NCBI GenBank assembly: GCA_000091205.1
Contig: AP006491.2
DNA: 64,000 bases
Source: Cyanidioschyzon merolae
Lineage: Eukaryota
Strand: one strand, 5' to 3'
Shown: positions 61,468 to 64,000 of the stretch, piece after piece
How positions within the stretch are numbered: the stretch's first letter is position 1
How the letters are laid out: every line of letters starts with the position of its first letter
Position numbers and translations under genes: made by a program
Notes under the pieces: model-generated
Told to the model about the DNA's origin: nothing
Databases searched by the model: none
The model's input: only the letters and a program-made list of their open reading frames with translations

Positions 61468-62259
61468 TCAGCTAGAGACCCCCTCGGCTTCCGAGCCCGC
61501 CCATAAGTTTTCCAGTTGATAACGCTCCCGCCCATCAGGTGTCATTATGTGGATCACAAAGCGACCAAGGTCGAGCAGCATCCAGTCATCCGAATCACGG
61601 CCTTCGATGAAGGGTTCCGCACCCTCTACAAAAACCCCTCGTTCGCGCAGACGCTTTTGCATCGTGTCCGCCAAGTGTCGAACATGATTCAACGTCATTC
61701 CAGTCGCAACGATGAAATTATCCACGAATGTCGCTTTGTCAGATATGTCGAGAACAACTACATTGGAAGCGCTCTCCTTTTCGAGCCACATGGCAACCTC
61801 CGCGACAGACGGGACGTCTCCGCAGACTTCCAGAGGCCGCAACTCTGTTGTTTGTGATTCAGCCTGCTTCTCTGGCTCATTTGGTGCAGACGCAGACACT
61901 TTAGAGGTCGTAGAAAAGGCTATTGAGCAATGCGACGCAAACCAAGATGCACAGAGACACTGTCTGGCAGTAGACTCGGCAAGACTATTTACCCGTTGTC
62001 GCTCGACGCCTCGGGTTCTGTAAACATTTCTGTGATAGCCTCTGTCCGGTCGAATGCTGTCCTGCCCTTTGTGGTGGTTACCGTGCGGCAGAATAGAACT
62101 TACAGCTACTCGGACGCGGAGAGGCACTCGATGGGGTAACCCAACGGGCAACCAAACGAGTCCAAGGTTATTTCGACTTTGCGAAATAAAGCAGCGACTC
62201 ACTCTGCTTAAGAGCATACTGAGACATGAAGGCAGCGAGATCCTCGATCTATGTGTCAA
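61468..62259 (-). CDS. Ribosomal silencing factor RsfS / Iojap (DUF143) family protein, organellar
   Basis: The C-terminal domain VVVLDISDKATFVDNFIVATGMTLNHVRHLADTMQKRLRERGVFVEGAEPFIEGRDSDDWMLLDLGRFVIHIMTPDGRERYQLENLW matches the RsfS/Iojap consensus (vvlDv......dyfvIasg.s.rhv.aia..v...lk..g......EG.....W.llD.gdvvvHvf..e.R.fY.LE.LW). The N-terminal about 150 aa is an uncertain extension or presequence. Confidence 0.75.
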   Translation of the reverse strand: MTHRSRISLPSCLSMLLSRVSRCFISQSRNNLGLVWLPVGLPHRVPLRVRVAVSSILPHGNHHKGQDSIRPDRGYHRNVYRTRGVERQRVNSLAESTARQCLCASWFASHCSIAFSTTSKVSASAPNEPEKQAESQTTELRPLEVCGDVPSVAEVAMWLEKESASNVVVLDISDKATFVDNFIVATGMTLNHVRHLADTMQKRLRERGVFVEGAEPFIEGRDSDDWMLLDLGRFVIHIMTPDGRERYQLENLWAGSEAEGVSS

Positions 62260-62294
62260 GAAGACTGCTCACGTACGATAAGCCAACGACGCTG

Positions 62295-62860
62295 CTAATA
62301 TTTCTTGCGCAAGGTTGTGCAGGAACAAGACGTAAAAGATTGATCAACGATTCGCTGCCATGGAGCGTAAATATACGCCCACATGCAGACGCCTCCCAGC
62401 CTTTTCGACCGGCCCGCTGGTATCGGTTTCAGCTTCTCCCTGTATACTTCGACCCCGGGAGTTTGCCCCACGAAGTTAGATCGCGTCAGCTGCTTGGGTC
62501 TCGTTTTCAGCACAACATATCGTGTAATATTGGCAGCAGCGTTGAAGTTTCCGGCCACGAACTGCATGCGTTTTTTTGTCGCTTGTTGAACGCATCATTC
62601 CAAGGATTCCTAGCACTCGTGCCCTCTGTGCCACTAAAGTCTCGTTCTCGCGTCGTTGGCCAAACACCATTTCTCACCAGTTGCCCCTCTTCTTCTTCAC
62701 TCTCTCTTCTTTGCTCCATGGTTAGCGATAAGAGGATTTTTCAGTTTTTTCCCGGCACCTTACGATGGCGGCCATCCAGGATCCCCGACTTTCGTATCCA
62801 TGACTTTCCCTTAGATTTTTTATGTTTGGAAATGAACGCACTTTTTCACCCTTAGATGAG
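62295..62860 (-). pseudogene. TnpB/Fanzor-like 3' gene fragment (copy 3), degenerate and frameshifted
   Basis: …NFNAAANITRYVVLKTRPKQLTRSNFVGQTPGVEVYREKLKPIPAGRSKRLGG aligns with copies 1 and 2. The catalytic Asp is replaced (N-F-N-A-A). Upstream frames (…LVAQRARVLGILGMMRSTSDKK…) match copy 2 but are out of frame. DNA-level similarity to copy 2 extends over 62330-62855 and ends at the same point (about 62855 versus about 57040). Confidence 0.55.
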
Positions 62861-64000
62861 GACCTTCCCCGGGAGAGAAGGACCTGTTGTAGGACGACGA
62901 AATATGCCCGGGAGTGTCACCGTGTGCTGAACGCTTCAGCGAGCCACCCAATGGAGCCGTCATTACGTTTCAGGATAGAAACACGCTTTAGATAAGGTTG
63001 AAATGCGTAGAGCACGGAGGAAGGAAAAGCAGCTCTATCATGGTAAAATCCGCAAAAGGTCGCACGCAGGGGGGACTGGTGAAGTGCCATGTTGTCCAGT
63101 AGAAGGACTTTGCTAGGCTTCAGGGGAACGTCTTCAATGGTTGGAAAAACTGGGTTCCATTTTATGAGCCTTTTTGATGAGCGACACTGAGGCCGCCAAA
63201 TATATCCGCTGCAGCAAATACGGATGATGTCCTCATTCTCTTCGAGTCCTATCGTACATTCAACGGGCGCCCTGCTCAGCAAATACCCAAGTGCGCTCCG
63301 GCCGTTTCGTCCAGCGGAAATCTCATCGACTCAAAACAAATCCGGCTTGCCTGTGCTTTTTGTGGATAGCGAAGTTCCAGAAATTCCGTAGTTCCGATTT
63401 CGGTGGAAGGTGACCGTGCGTGAAACGGGACTCTTTTTTCGCGACTGTAACCCAGTGTATTCAGGATCAAACGAAAAAGCAGTTGAGAAACAGAGATCCA
63501 CGTAGGGACTACCATTGTCGATTTTGCTCTCTATATGATGATAAACGGGTGGTTTTCCATCATTGATCGCAAGGATTCTTTGACGGTACCAGTTTTCTGA
63601 TGCGGAGCGCCGGTACTTGTGTTCCTTTAATCTTCCTCAAACATCTGCGTACTGTGGCATGACTGACCCGAATAAGGAATGCAGTCCTCCTTGCACTGTG
63701 CAGTTAAAAACACATATCCTACTAGCAACCCGTCTACGATCTATACGGTACATTGCGAAGTGATTTCGATCTTTTACTTTAGACCGAGGCGGGGAGTTGG
63801 AATAGAATTGAGTTGAAAGTCTACAGCAAGTTAATGCGCGGCGATCATACGTACGGAGAGCTTCGCACTCACTGCTTCGGTGGCTTGGAGTGGTCTGCAT
63901 TGCTCTTCGGGAGTTTGTCTTGACGACCTATTTTTGCTGCTTTTGTGTCGTTGCGAGATACCCAGAGGATCCAGTCTGATAGGTCGCTGTGATTTTTGTA

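Noticed and set aside
1-64000. tRNA, rRNA or snoRNA genes
   Set aside because: No convincing tRNA-like T-arm/acceptor pattern (GGTTCGA[AT]TCC with complementary ends) and no rRNA-like conserved stretches were seen by eye. I cannot exclude small ncRNAs without a covariance search.

Overview
The window is eukaryotic nuclear DNA that is GC-rich, gene-dense and apparently intron-poor, with complete uninterrupted ORFs up to 1193 aa. The gene content is unambiguously eukaryotic. I cannot assign a lineage from the sequence alone. I found no rRNA, no tRNA I can support, no CRISPR array and no prokaryotic operon structure.

About 20 protein-coding genes alternate between strands. Recognised genes are peroxiredoxin Q/BCP, AMP deaminase, an ABC-F ATPase, NDUFA13/GRIM-19, an SNF2 ATPase, an F-box/LRR protein, an NIFK/Nop15-like RRM protein, ribokinase, a DUF647/RUS protein, PI 4-kinase beta, a ChaC-like protein, a TBCC-domain protein, a Josephin deubiquitinase, an M16 peptidase, DCAF13/Sof1, a mitochondrial-type SSB, an FNR-like reductase with a C-terminal J domain, and RsfS/Iojap.

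The accessory content is the interesting part:
- Three, possibly four, degenerate copies of a gene family carry hallmark motifs of TnpB/Fanzor-type RuvC nucleases. These are a RuvC-I-like IDSG, a TS...C Zn-ribbon-like region and a RuvC-III-like D-x-N-A-A-x-N-I. This is consistent with a eukaryotic OMEGA/Fanzor-like transposon-encoded RNA-guided nuclease family. The most intact copy (4.4-6.5 kb) sits directly against the AMP deaminase start.
- A ~1.9 kb non-coding dispersed repeat occurs three times at over 95% identity (37.6-39.4 kb, 50.8-52.7 kb, and inverted at 59.4-61.2 kb), plus a ~130 bp fragment at 47.3 kb.
- An older ~0.7 kb dispersed repeat has copies at 7.1 kb and 15.6 kb and a fragment at 28.4 kb.
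- There are several tandem arrays: a 105 bp unit x7, a 67 bp unit x2.7 and a 137 bp unit x2.
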